The notes under the pieces were generated by a model, which saw nothing but the letters and a program-made list of their open reading frames with translations, made no database searches and was not told where the DNA came from. A program made the position numbers and the translations under genes. 64,000 nt of DNA, taken from Eledone cirrhosa (Eukaryota). Location: NCBI GenBank assembly GCA_964016885.1, contig OZ024761.1, positions 1,674,001 through 1,738,000 of the forward strand, in the 5' to 3' direction. Positions 43,301 through 57,015 of the stretch are shown here, piece by piece (within the stretch, counting starts at the first letter, position 1; each line of letters begins with the position of its first letter).

Positions 43301-46300
43301 GTGCTGACAACAGCAGGTGTAACAAACAGACAGGTGTATGTTCCAGTGGAGGATGTACTGCTGGTTATGAAGGTAGCAACTGCCAGACAGGTAAGTGGTA
43401 TAGTATAGCTTGTTTCTAACTTAATATATTGGGTTATCACATGGAAGGGAAAGATGTATGCTACATGTGTTAGAAGTGACAGGCTTGATCAGAACAAGGA
43501 GGTGTTAATCGACCCCATACTCATGCAGAACATTCCACATCTGATCCTGAAGAATACTGTCATAAGCCTTTTTGATGTCTACGAAGCAGGAATAAATCTC
43601 TTGGCAGTAATCCAATGATTTATCAAAGACCTACCTCACTGTGAATATTTGGTCAGCTTTACTGCATTCAGGGTAAAACCCCATTGTCCATCACCTAACT
43701 TGAACACAACAATCTCTCTTTGTCAGACATTTATCATAAACTTTACCAGGAAGGTTTAACAAGGAGTTCCTTCTTTAATTGGAGCAATCTTTCTTGTCTC
43801 ATTTTTACAGAATTGGGATAATGTCCACCGTGTAAAATATGAGACTGTCAGAAATAAATGTGAATCTACTATATAAATTGGAAGTGGTCGGACGTTGTAT
43901 ATTTAAGTAAGTAACTGTAGTCGGATAAACGTCGAAAATGTTTGGTGGAATGCAGCGAAAATTTACACAGTTATGCAGAATGACCTGAGGAGGCGTTGAG
44001 TCGACTTTTAGGGTACAATCTTCCATGGTTACGGAGAAAATCGATGAAACAGGAATTTCCCATTCAAATTGAACTGAGAGTAATCTGTGAATGCAGAAGT
44101 AAATATTTCAAGAAACGTTCCAACCGAACGAAAACAGGAAGATGATATTTTGGTTTGTGAAGACATTCCCTGGCAATGAACGGGAAAAAAAGCGAGGATA
44201 ATACGTCGTTATGTGGAGCGAGAAGAACAATTTCTTGCAAAGACAAGACTAAGTTTATGGTATAAATGGAGTCGTTAGACTAATATTCTATTTAAAATAA
44301 CAGAATGATTTCTAGCCCCGGAGTTTAAGAATGATGTAAATAAAATTGAAAACGAAAATGACAGAGGTTATTAAAATAGTAAAAGTAAATAGTGAAGATT
44401 TAGGCCAGTACATACGTATGCCCAGATGGACATACGCATACATACGCACACACAAATACATACACACCCACAAACACACACACACACAGAGACACACACA
44501 CACACACACACACACGCGCGCGCGCACGCACACACACACACACACACGCATGTATAAACCTTATGCATTTCTACAGTATTTTCACCAAACTTAAGACAGG
44601 TTACTTATGTACTCTGGATGGGCATGGGCACTTTCATTTTTCCAGATATTGATTATAGGGCCTCCCGGCAGATAACCCCCTTTAGTCACTTCCTTGGAGT
44701 CGACTGAAGCACTGCAGTGCAATGCAACAAAACGTCATAACTTCTGGAGTTCGCAACCAATTTTCACAAAACTTGACACATGGGCTACGTTTGTCCTACA
44801 GATGAATGTGAACTCTCAGAATCGGCATATATTGAGTAGGGGACCCCTGGGGGCAGAACCCTCTTTTGGAAAAAGCCGATGATTTTGTAAAAGTATAGTT
44901 TGCGAAGCAGCACTGAAGTATTGACATAAATGTTATACACAACTGCTATTTAACACCCGAGTAATGCCAGGTACCTCTGCCAGTTATTAAATATATTTAA
45001 ACTTCCATATTCTTATTTTCAGGGTGTAAAACAATTAAATTTGGACCCAACTGTAAATTCACATGTCACTGTGCTGACAACAGCAGGTGTAACAAACAGA
45101 CAGGTGTGTGTTCCAGTGGAGGATGTACTGCTGGTTATGAAGGTAGCAACTGCCAGACAGGTAAGTGGTATAGTATAGCTTTGTTTCTAACTTAATATAT
45201 TGGGTTATCACATGGAAGGGAAAGATGTATGCTACATGTATTAGAAGTGACAGGCTTGATCAGAACAAGGAGGTGTTAATCGACCCCATACTCATGCAGA
45301 ACATTCCACATCTGATCCTGAAGAATACTGTCATAAGCCTTTTTGATGTCTACGAAGCAGGAATAAATCTCTTGGCAGTAATCCAATGATTTATCAAAGA
45401 CCTACCTCACTGTGAATATTTGGTCAGCTTTACTGCATCCAGGGTAAAACCACATTGTCCATCAGCTAACTTGAACACAACAATCTCTCTTTGTCAGACA
45501 TTTATCATACACTTTACCAGGAAGGTTTAACAAGGAGTTCCTTCTTTAATTGGAGCAATCTTTCTTGTCTCATTTTTACAGAATTGGGATAATGTCCACC
45601 GTGTAAAATATGAGACTGTCAGAAATTAATGTGAATTGTCAAATATATTTAGACTTCCATATTTTATTTTCAGGGTGTAAAACAGGTAAATTTGGACCCA
45701 ACTGTGGCAACACATGCCACTGTGCAGATAACAGCAGGTGTAACAATCAGACAGGTGTGTGTTCCAGTGGAGGATGTGCTGCTGGTTATGAAGGTAGCAA
45801 CTGTCAGACAGGTAAGTGGTGTAATACAAGGCTCTGCTGAATAGTTCTTAGGTTGAACAAGTTACTCTCATGCAATGTGACCAAATGAGGTTTATTTTTG
45901 CAAATAGTCCCCCCTGTGGTCCACACCCTTTCTCCATTGGTGTTGCAGTGCTACGATCCCATTTGTGAAAAAGCTTTCATCTTATCCATGAGAAACATCA
46001 TCAGCAGGTGATATGATGTCATCATCAGTGTGATACTGGTTCGAGCTAATTATTTAATCATACAGCTCTGCTACGTCCAGGATGAAAACCATACTGTTCA
46101 TCAAAAACTCTGATAATGTCCGCCATGTAAAATATGAAACTATCAGAAATTAATGTAAACTAATAAATATATTTAGACTTTCATATTTTATTTTCAGGGT
46201 GTAAAACAGGTAAATTTGGACCCAACTGTAAATACACATGTCACTGTGCTGACAACAGCAGGTGTAACAAACAGACAGGTGTGTGTTCCAGTGGAGGATG

Positions 46301-49300
46301 TACTGCTGGTTATGAAGGTAGCAACTGCCAGACAGGTAAGTGGTATAGTATAGCTTCTTTCTAACTTAATATATTGGGTTATCACATGGAAGGGAAAGAT
46401 GTATGCTACATGTGTTAGAAGTGACAGGCTTGATCAGAACAAGGAGGTGTTAATCGACCCCATACTCATGCAGAACATTCCACATCTGATCCTGAAGAAT
46501 ACTGTCATAAGCCTTTTTGATTTCTACGAAGCAGGGATAAATCTCTTGGCAGTAATCCCATGATTTATCAAAGACCTACCTCACTGTGAATATTTGGTCA
46601 GCTTTACTGCATTCAGGGTAAAACCCCATTGTCCATCACCTAACTTGAACACAACAATCTCTCTTTGTCAGACATTTATTATAAACTTTACCAGGAAGGT
46701 TTAACAAGGAGTTCCTTCTTTAATTGGAGCAATCTTTCTTGTCTCATTTTTACAAAATTGGGATAATGTCCACCATGTAAAATATGAAACTATCAGAAAT
46801 TAATGTGAATTGTCAAATATATTTAACTTTCCATATTTTATTTTCAGGGTGTAAAACAGGTAAATATGGACCCAACTGTGGCAACACATGTCACTGTTCT
46901 GACAACAGCAGGTGTAACAAACAGACAGGTGTGTGTTCCAGTGGAGAATGTGGTGCTGGTTATGAAGGTAGCAACTGTCAGACAGGTAAGCTTTGTTTGT
47001 AACTTAGTATATTGGGACTTCGCATGGAAAGAAAATGTTTGCAACAAGTGTTAAAAGTAACACGATTTATAGGAGCAAGGAGCTGTCTATCGACCTCATA
47101 CTTATAACAGGGTTACTGGGTTGTATGTATATAACAAGACAGTCAGTTGTATGTACAATGTTTAATTAACAAGGTTGAGTTATGTAGAGTAGAATAGTTG
47201 ACATGCCAAGAGTTGATGCAAGAATGAATTAAAGTTATTTGTATTACCATTTTGAAGTCATCTCGCAAGAGACCAAGTGGTCTTTACATTACCATGTTCA
47301 GGTTGCCAGAGCGTATAGCTTCGGCAAACACGAGCCTGGCCGAAGACACCTGGCTGAAGGGCCAGGCAGGCTAGAAGAGAGGGAGAGAGCTGAAAGTTCT
47401 CTCCTTTATAGGGGTCCCAGGATGGAAGTGACAAAGAAAGCTCTGCCACCTCAACGGGAAGTAACTCTAGCTACTTCCTGTCTAGAGAGCGCTACTGGTG
47501 ATAAGGGAGGCAACTCTTGCTACATACTCATGCAGAACATTCCATATTTTTATATTTATTTCTAGGGTGTAAAACAGGTAAATTTGGACTCAACTGTGGC
47601 AACACATGTCACTGTTCTGACAACAGCAGGTGTAACAAACACACAGGTGTGTGTTCCAGTGGAGGATGTGCTGCTGGTTATGAAGGTAGCAACTGTCAGA
47701 CAGGTAAGCTTTGTTTCTAACTTAGTATATTGGGACATCGCATGGAAAGAAAATGTTTGCAACATGTTTGCATCACATGTAAGGGAAAGATGTATGCTAC
47801 ATGTGTTAGAAGTGACATAATTTATAGGAGTAAGACATGAGTGATGAAGATGGAGCTACAGGAGAAGCTGAAGAGAATGGAAAGGCAAGATGTATGCAAC
47901 ACGTGTTAGAGGTGACATGATTTATAGGAGCAAGGAGCTGTCCATCAACCTCATACTCATGCAGGACATTCCATATTTTTATTTTCAGGGTGTAAAACAG
48001 GTAAATTTGGACCCAACTGTGGCAACACATGCCACTGTGCAGATAACAGCAGGTGTAACAAACAGACAGGTGTGTGTTCAAGTGGAGGATGTGCTGCTGG
48101 TTATGAAAATAGCAACTGTCAGACAGGTAAGTGGTGTAATACAAGGCTCTGCTGAATAGTTCTTAGGTTGAACAAGTTACTCTCATGCAATGTGACCAAA
48201 TGAGGTTTATTTTTGCAAATAGTCCCCCCTTGTGGTCCACACCCTTTCTCCATTGGTGTTGCAGTGCTACGATCCCATTTGTGAAAAAGCTTTCATCTTA
48301 TCCATGAGAAACATCATCAGCAGGTGATATGATGTCATCATCAGTGTGATACTGGTTCGAGCTAATTATTTAATCATACAGCTCTGCTACGTCCAGGATG
48401 AAAACCATACTGTTCATCAAAAACTCTGATAATGTCCGCCATGTAAAATATGAAACTATCAGAAATTAATGTAAATTAATAAATATATTTAGACTTTCAT
48501 ATTTTATTTTCAGGGTGTAAAACAGGTAAATTTGGACCCAACTGTAAATACACATGTCACTGTGCTGACAACAGCAGGTGTAACAAACAGACAGGTGTAT
48601 GTTCCAGTGGAGGATGTACTGCTGGTTATGAAGGTAGCAACTGCCAGACAGGTAAGTGGTATAGTATAGCTTCTTTCTAACTTAATATATTGGGTTATCA
48701 CATGGAAGGGAAAGATGTATGCTACATGTGTTAGAAGTGACAGGCTTGATCAGAACAAGGAGGTGTTAATCGACCCCATACTCATGCAGAACATTCCACA
48801 TCTGATCCTGAAGAATTCTGTCATAAGCCTTTTTGATGTCTACGAAGCAGGAATAAATCTCTTGGCAGTAATCCCACGATTTATCAAAGACCTACCTCAC
48901 TGTGAATATTTGGTCAGCTTTACTGCATCCAGGGTAAAACCACATTGTCCATCAGCTAACTTAAACACAACAATCTCTCTTTGTCAGACATTTATCATAA
49001 ACTTTAACAGGAAGGTTTAACAAGGAGTTCCTTCTTTAATTGGAGCAATCTTTCTTTTCTCAATTTTACAGAATTAGAATAATGTCCACCATGTAAAATA
49101 TGAAACTATCAGAAATTAATGTGAATTGTCAAATATATTTAGACTTCCATATTTTATTTTCAGGGTGTAAAACAGGTAAATTTGGACCCAACTGTGGCAA
49201 CACATGCCACTGTGCAGATAACAGCAGGTGTAACAAACAGACAGGTGTGTGTTCAAGTGGAGGATGTGCTGCTGGTTATGAAAATAGCAACTGTCAGACA

Positions 49301-52300
49301 GGTAAGTGGTGTAATACAAGGCTCTGCTGAATAGTTCTTAGGTTGAACAAGTTACTCTCATGCAATGTGACCAAATGAGGTTTATTTTTGCAAATAGTCC
49401 CCCCTGTGGTCCACACCCTTTCTCCATCGGTGTTGCAGTGCTACGATCCCATTTGTGAAAAAGCTTTCATCTTATCCATGAGAAACATCATCAGCAGGTG
49501 ATATGATGTCATCATCAATGTGATACTGATTCGAGCTAATTATTTAATCATACAGCTCTGCTACGTCCAGGATGAAAACCATACTGTTCATCAAAAACTC
49601 TGATAATGTCCGCCATGTAAAATATGAAACTATCAGAAATTAATGTAAATTAATTATTATTATATTTTCAGGGTGTAAAACAGGTAAATTTGGACCCAAC
49701 TGTAAATACACATGTCACTGTGCTGACAACAGCAGGTGTAACAAACAGACAGGTGTATGTTCCAGTGGAGGATGTACTGCTGGTTATGAAGGTAGCAACT
49801 GCCAGACAGGTAAGTGGTATAGTATAGCTTCTTTCTAACTTAATATATTGGGTTATCACATGGAAGGGAAAGATGTATGCTACATGTGTTAGAAGTGACA
49901 GGCTTGATCAGAACAAGGAGGTGTTAATCGACCCCATACTCATGCAGAACATTCCACATCTGATCCTGAAGAATACTGTCATAAGCCTTTTTGATGTCTA
50001 CGAAGCAGGGATAAATCTCTTGGCAGTAATCCCACGATTTATCAAAGACCTACCTCACTGTGAATATTTGGTCAGCTTTACTGCATCCAGGGTAAAACCA
50101 CATTGTCCATCAGCTAACTTGAACACAACAATCTCTCTTTGTCAGTCATTTATCATAAACTTTACCAGGAAGGTTTAACAAGGAGTTCCTTCTTTAATTG
50201 GAGCAATCTTTCTTGTCTCAATTTTACAGAATTAGAATAATGTCCACCATGTAAAATATGAAACTATCAGAAATTAATGTGAATTGTCAAATATATTTAG
50301 ACATCCATATTTTATTTTCAGGGTGTAAAACAGGTAAATTTGGACCCAACTGTGGCAACACATGCCACTGTGCAGATAACAGCAGGTGTAACAAACAGAC
50401 AGGTGTGTGTTCAAGTGGAGGATGTGCTGCTGGTTATGAAGGTAGCAACTGTCAGACAGGTAAGTGGTGTAATTCAAGGCTCTGCTGAATAGTTCTTAGG
50501 TTGAACAAGTTACTCTCATGCAATGTGACCAAATGAGGTTTATTTTTGCAAATAGTCCCCCCTGTGGTCCACACCCTTTCTCCATTGGTGCTGCAGTGCT
50601 ACGATCCCATTTGTGAAAAAGCTTTCATCTTATCCATGAGAAACATCATCAGCAGGTGATATGATGTCATCATCAGTGTGATACTGGTTCGAGCTAATTA
50701 TTTAATCATACAGCTCTGCTACGTCCAGGATGAAAACCATACTGTTCATCAAAAACTCTGATAATGTCCGCCATGTAAAATATGAAACTATCAGAAATTA
50801 ATGTAAATTAATAAATATATTTAGACTTTCATATTTTATTTTCAGGGTGTAAAACAGGTAAATTTGGACCCAACTGTAAATATACATGTCACTGTGCAGA
50901 TAACAGCAGGTGTAACAAACAGACAGGTGTGTGTTCTAGTGGCGGATGTGCTGCTGGTTATGAAGGTAGTAACTGCCAGACAGGTAAGTGGTGTAGTGTA
51001 GCTTTGTTTCTAAAATAATATATTGAGACATCACATGGAGGGGAGATATGTATGATACATGCTTTAAAAGAGACATAATTTATAGGAGTGAGACATGGAA
51101 GGGAAAGATGTTTGCTATATGTGTTAGAAGTGACATGATTTATAGGAGTGAGACATGAGTGATGAACATGGAGCAACAGAGAAAAATTGGAAGAAAATGA
51201 AACGAGAATTGTCTGGTGCAATATTCCCACTACTACCACCTGTACCACCACTACCATCACAAGACATTACCCTACAGCAGGGGTTGGCTACTTACGGCGC
51301 ACGGGCCGGTCCGGCTCAGGAAAGGATTTCGACCAGCCTGCAAGAACTTATGCCCAATGAGTTGTTTATTTAAAATTTAAATTTATTGTAACATGAGAGA
51401 CGAGCCTTTCGAATACAATAAAAGGCCTGCTGTTATAACTTTGGCATTTATTGAGGATATTGTGACTCATTTAACCCTTTAGCATTTAAACTGGCCATAT
51501 CCGGCCAGAAATCTCTCACTTTTTTCTGTTCAAACCGGCTGTAACTAGCCACTCATACTGACATTAAGGTATTCTTCTCAAAATAAATAATATCAAAATC
51601 TCATAGATTCAATATTATGTGAGATAACTATATAAGATAAAGTGTTTACTGCGAAAATACAATATTAAATATAGAGTAATGTAAGTGCTAAAGGGTTAAA
51701 TAACTTAAATTTACAACTTCAAGGTAAAACTCAGCTCGTAAATGAAATGTATAACCATATTGTTGCCTTTGAAAAAAACCTACAGTTGTGGGAACATCAA
51801 CTTCGAAATAAAAATTATGTGCATTTTCCATCATTTCAAGGAAGGAAATCACAGGATTCAGAGGTATTTGTGAATATAATCCAAGATTTGAGAAATGAAT
51901 AGTATAGTCAACACTCGAGATTAAATTTTAGCTTGTGTAATTTTCCATAATTATTCTTTTATGGCCTTTGTCCGGCCCGTGGAGGCAAAGAAGTTGCCAA
52001 TCGCTGATCTACACCAATGTTTTCCTGTTACAGTGTGCAGTAGTGGAAGATTTGGTGCCAACTGTGATCAGGTGTGTCATTGTGAAGATAACAACAGGTG
52101 TAATGTGGAATTAGGGATCTGTTCAAGTGGTAGATGTGCTCCAGGTTATGAAGGAAACAGTTGTCAGAAAGGTTAGTTATTTTCATATCTCAGCTTTTAT
52201 CTCTCACCAGTCCAGGTACTTTATTTGATCAACCCCAGTACATTACTGGTACTTTATTTTATCGATCCCAGTACGTTACCGGTGCTTTATTTTATCAACC

Positions 52301-55300
52301 CTGTAAGGATGAAAGCCAGAGCTATAACTTCAGTAGGATTTGAACCCAGTTACGGCCTTTTACGTTCTGAGTTCAAATCCCATCAAGGTAAGCTTTGCCT
52401 TTCATCCTTACTGGGTTGATAAAATAAAGTACCAGTAACACACTGGGGTCGATTTAATCAACATCCCTTCCCCAAATTTGTTGGCCTTGCATCTAAATCA
52501 GAAACCATTATAATAATCTCTAAATTTCTAATCAACAATCAATATTATTAGTTAGTAATATTAGTTAATAATTGTTTCTACTTTTGGCACAAGGCCAGCA
52601 ATTACCCAGTGCATTACTGGTACTTTATTGTATCGACCCCGTAAGGATGAAAGGCAAAGTTAACCTCGGCGGGATTTGAACTCAGAATGACAAGAGCCGT
52701 AACTCTATGCATCAAAGCATGGCGTCCGACCCTCTACCGATACTACCAATCCACCGATTAGTTAATAATTGTTTCTACTTTTGGCACAAGGCCAGCAATT
52801 ACCCAGTGTATTACTGGTACTTTATTTTATCGACCCCGATAAGGCAAAGTTAACCTCTGCGGGATTTGAATTAGTTAATATTATTTGGTGGATTTGCAGT
52901 ATCGGTAGAGTGTCGGACGTCATGCTTTGACGCATAGAGTTACGGCCCTTGCCATTCTGAGTTCAAATCCCGCCGAGAACTTTGCCTTTCATCCTTACGG
53001 GCTCGATAAAATAAAGTACCAGTAATGCACTGGAGTAATTGCTGGCCTTGTGCCTAAAGTAGAAACAATTATTAGTCAATATAATTAGTTAATATTACTC
53101 ATAAATATTACTAGTAGAGTGGTAGTTATAATAGTTAGTATAGTGAATGGTGTAGTGGTAGTTAGTAGAGCGGTAGAGTGGTGTGAAGGCACGTGGCTTC
53201 ATGGTTAGGGTATTCGGCTTAAGATTGTAAGGTCACGAGTTCAATTCCCAGCAGACGTTGTGTCCTTGAGCAAGACACTTTATTTCATGTTGCTCCAGTC
53301 CACTCAGCTGGCAAAAATGAACTGTACCTGTAATTTGAAATGCTAGCCTTGTCACATATTGTGTCTCGCTGAATCTCCCTGAGAACTACATTATGGGTAC
53401 GCGTGTTTGTGAAATGCTCAGCCACTTGCATGTAAATTTCACGAGCAGGCTGTACTGTTGATTGTATCAGTTGGAACACTCATCGTAACCGATGGAGTGC
53501 CACTACTACTACTACAGAGTGGTAGTTATAATAGTATAGTGAATGGTATAGTGGTAGTTAGTAGCGTACTAGTTACAATAGTTAGTATAGTGGTAGTTAG
53601 TAGCGTACTAGTTAGAATAGTTAGTATAGTGGTAGTTAGTAGCGTACTAGTTACAATAGTTAGTATAGTGAATGGTATAGTGGTAGTTAGTAGCGTACTA
53701 GTTACAATAGTTAGTATAGTGGTAGTTAGTAGCGTACTAGTTACAATAGTTAGTTTCGTGAATGATTTAGTAGTAGTTAGTAGAGTACTAGTTACAATAG
53801 TTAGTATAGGGAATGATGTAGTAGTAGTCAGTAGAGTACTAGTTAGAATAGTTAGTATAATGAATGATGTAGTAGTAGTTAGTAGAGTAATAGTTACAAT
53901 AGTTAGTATAGTGAATGATGTAGTGGTAGTTAGTAGAGTACTAGTTATAATAGTTAGTATAGTGAATGATGTAGTGGTAGTTAGTAGAGTACTAGTTACA
54001 ATAGTTAGTATAGTGAATGGTATAGTGGTAGCTAGTAGAGTACTAGTTGCAATAGTTAGTATAGTGAATGATTTAGTAGTAGTTAGTAGAGTACTAGTTA
54101 CAATAGTTAGTATAGGGAATGATGTAGTAGTAGTTAGTAGAGTACTAGTTACAATAGTTAGTATAGTGAATGGTATAGTGGTAGTTAGTAGCATACTAGT
54201 TACAATAGTTAGTATAGTGAATGGTATAGTGGTAGTTAGTAGCGTACTAGTTACAATAGTTAGTGTAGCGAATGATTTAGTAGTAGTTAGTAGAGTACTA
54301 GTTACAATAGTTAGTATAGGGAATGATGTAGTAATAGTTAGTAGAGTACTAGTTACAATAGTTAGTATAATGAATGATGTAGTAGTAGTTAGTAGAGTAC
54401 TAGTTACAATAGTTAGTATAGTGAATGATGTAGTGGTAGTTAGTAGAGTACTAGTTATAATAGTTAGTATAGTGAATGATGTAGTGGTAGTTATTAGAGT
54501 ACTAGTTACAATAGTTAGTATAGTGAATGGTATAGTGGTAGCTAGTAGAGTACTAGTTGCAATAGTTAGTATAGTGAATGATTTAGTAGTAGTTAGTAGA
54601 GTACTAGTTACAATAGTTAGTATAGGGAATGATGTAGTAGTAGTTAGTAGAGTACTAGTTACAATAGTTAGTATAGTGAATGGTATAGTGGTAGTTAGTA
54701 GCGTACTAGTTACAATAGTTAGTATAGTGAATGATGTAGTGGTAGTTAGTAGAGTACTAGTTATAATAGTTAGTATAGTGAATGATGTAGTGGTAGTTAT
54801 TAGAGTCCTAGTTACAATAGTTAGTATAGTGAATGGTATAGTGGTAGCTAGTAGAGTACTAGTTGCAATAGTTAGTATAGTTAATGATTTAGTAGTAGTT
54901 AGTAGAGTACTAGTTACAATAGTTAGTATAGGGAATGATGTAGTAGTAGTTAGTAGAGTACTAGTTACAATAGTTAGTATAGTGAATGGTATAGTGGTAG
55001 TTAGTAGCGTACTAGTTACAATAGTTAGTATAGTGAATGGTATAGTGGTAGTTAGTAGCGTACTAGTTACAATAGTTAGTATAGGGAATGATGTAATAGT
55101 AGTTAGTAGCGTACTAGTTACAATAGTTAGTATAATGAATGATGTAGTAGTAGTTAGTAGAGTACTAGTTACAATAGTTAGTATAGTGAATGATGTAGTG
55201 GTAGTTAGTAGAGTACTAGTTATAATAGTTAGTATAGTGAATGATTTAGTGGTAGTTAGTAGAGTACTAGTTACAATAGTTAGTATAGTGAATGGTATAG

Positions 55301-56766
55301 TCGTAGCTAGTAGAGTACTAGTTGCAATAGTTAGTATAGTGAATGGTATAGTGGTAGTTAGTAGAGTACTAGTTATAATAGTTAGTATAGTGAATGATGT
55401 AGTAGTAGTTAGTAGAGTACTAGTTACAATAGTTAGTATAGTGAATGGTATAGTGGTAGTTAGTAGCGTACTAGTTGCAATAGTTAGTATAGTGAATGAT
55501 TTAGTAGTAGTTAGTAGAGTACTAGTTACAATAGTTAGTATAGGGAATGATGTAGTAGTAGTTAGTAGAGTACTAGTTACAATAGTTAGTATAGTGAATG
55601 GTATAGTGGTAGTTAGTAGCGTACTAGTTACAATAGTACAGTGACTAGAAATGTGGAACGGCTGTGACTTCTTCAGAATTTGTTTATCTATTTTTTTTGT
55701 ATGTTTAGTTTGTGATATTGGTAAATTTGGACCCAACTGCGAAAGCATCTGTCACTGTACTGACAACAACAGGTGTAACAAACAGACAGGTGTGTGTTTT
55801 AGTGGCGGATGTGCTGCTGGTTATGAAGGTAGCAACTGTCAGACAGGTAAGTGGTGTAGTATAGCTTTGTTTGTAACTTAATATATTGAAACAAGATGAC
55901 AGTATGTGTAACACAGAGACAGGTGTGTGTTATAGTAGAATGTGTGGTGCTGATTATAAAGGTATCAACTGTCAGACAGGTATGTGTTTCAGCGGAAGGT
56001 GTGGTGCTGGTTGTGGAAGTAGCAACTGTCAGACAGGTGTGTGTTCCAATGGAGGGTGTGGTGCTGGTTATAAAGGTAGCATCTGTTCCATCTCAATGCA
56101 TCAGAACAGCATGAAATTTGAAGAGTCTGGTGTTATGACTCTCAGAAAGGTGTCTCCATTAACCTCAATGTGTCAGACGCACCATTCATCTTCTCTTTTA
56201 AGCCATATATATATATATCTATATATATATATGTAATCTGAGTTTTTTGAATATTAATAATAGCATTCGATTTGTCTGCAATTATGCAAACAAGCCTCAA
56301 TTTTAAAGCCATGTCAATAGAATGAACCCATCATTCTTGCTCTTGTGTTGGCATGTAAACAGAATTGCAGACACTAATGTTTCTGGGTATCACCCTTCAT
56401 CAGTACAGCTCACTCTTCACCTGCCAATTATCAGAGCTAGTGAAAATATATACTATTTTCTAAAATATACAGTGGCTGATCGGCCTGATTTCCATATTAG
56501 CAAACTGGCTGATCAGTCAGATCTGCATATTAGCAGATCCACTGATCAGCCAGATTTGTATATCAGCAGACTGGCCAGTAAGTTTCCTGTATACGAACAA
56601 TAAATGGCCGGCTTTGCCACATTCAAATAAAATAAAATTTCCACTCTACATGGCTGAATACAATAAATGTAATCCGAGGAGATGACGAAGGACCGTGACA
56701 AGTGGAGAGATGCTGTGCTGAATAGAACCCGTCCAACCCTTGCAAGCAGGGAAAAGCGGATGTAAA

Positions 56767-56805
<39 letters not shown>

Positions 56806-56983
56806 GTGTGTAAACAGAAATAACAACACAATCGGTACAGTATATGGAAAGAAAATATTAGGTTAACACTTGAAATAGCAATAAGAGGATCTTAAGGTTT
56901 TGGAAGCTAGTCCTTCATCAGAAGAAAGAATGAGAAATTAGAAAGATTAAAGGGACAGGTGGGGCGGAATCAGAAAAAAAAAA

Positions 56984-57015
<32 letters not shown>

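Larger units (their letters stand above)
39395..50250 (-). mobile_element. Antisense LINE reverse-transcriptase fragment (~330 bp) repeated in the A-type introns (about 9 copies)
   Basis: Minus strand reads [72 protein letters not shown], e.g. 41175-41500. Confidence 0.85.
41723..50690 (-). mobile_element. Mariner transposase C-terminus plus TIR (~215 bp) repeated in the B-type introns (6 copies)
   Basis: Minus strand QYHTDDDII...[26 protein letters not shown] followed by a TIR-like aacctaagaactattcagcagagccttg-TA. Copies start near 41723, 42897, 45825, 48140, 49315, 50473. Confidence 0.82.

Noticed and set aside
41123-50178. Repeated 101-aa [16 protein letters not shown]...
   Set aside because: It is the antisense reading of a decayed LINE RT fragment, and other copies have stops
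39794-50983. Regularly spaced near-identical repeats resembling a CRISPR or cassette array
   Set aside because: The repeats are 138-nt spliceosomal exons with GT-AG sites; the 'spacers' are themselves repeated introns; no cas genes; eukaryotic context
20000-51000. Dscam-style docking-site/selector pairing for mutually exclusive splicing
   Set aside because: I could not identify a unique docking sequence complementary to per-exon selectors by eye. Intron similarity is explained by duplication, and introns are long enough for consecutive inclusion.
53458-55748. 728-aa and 740-aa ORFs on opposite strands
   Set aside because: Products of a 51-bp (17-codon) minisatellite that is stop-free in one frame per strand; no supporting splice structure; lies in an intron
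56885-56925. Minus-strand CTGATGA...CCAAAAC hammerhead-like remnant
   Set aside because: GAAA core and cleavage-site pairing are mutated and no stem I is visible; at most a decayed Penelope-type motif
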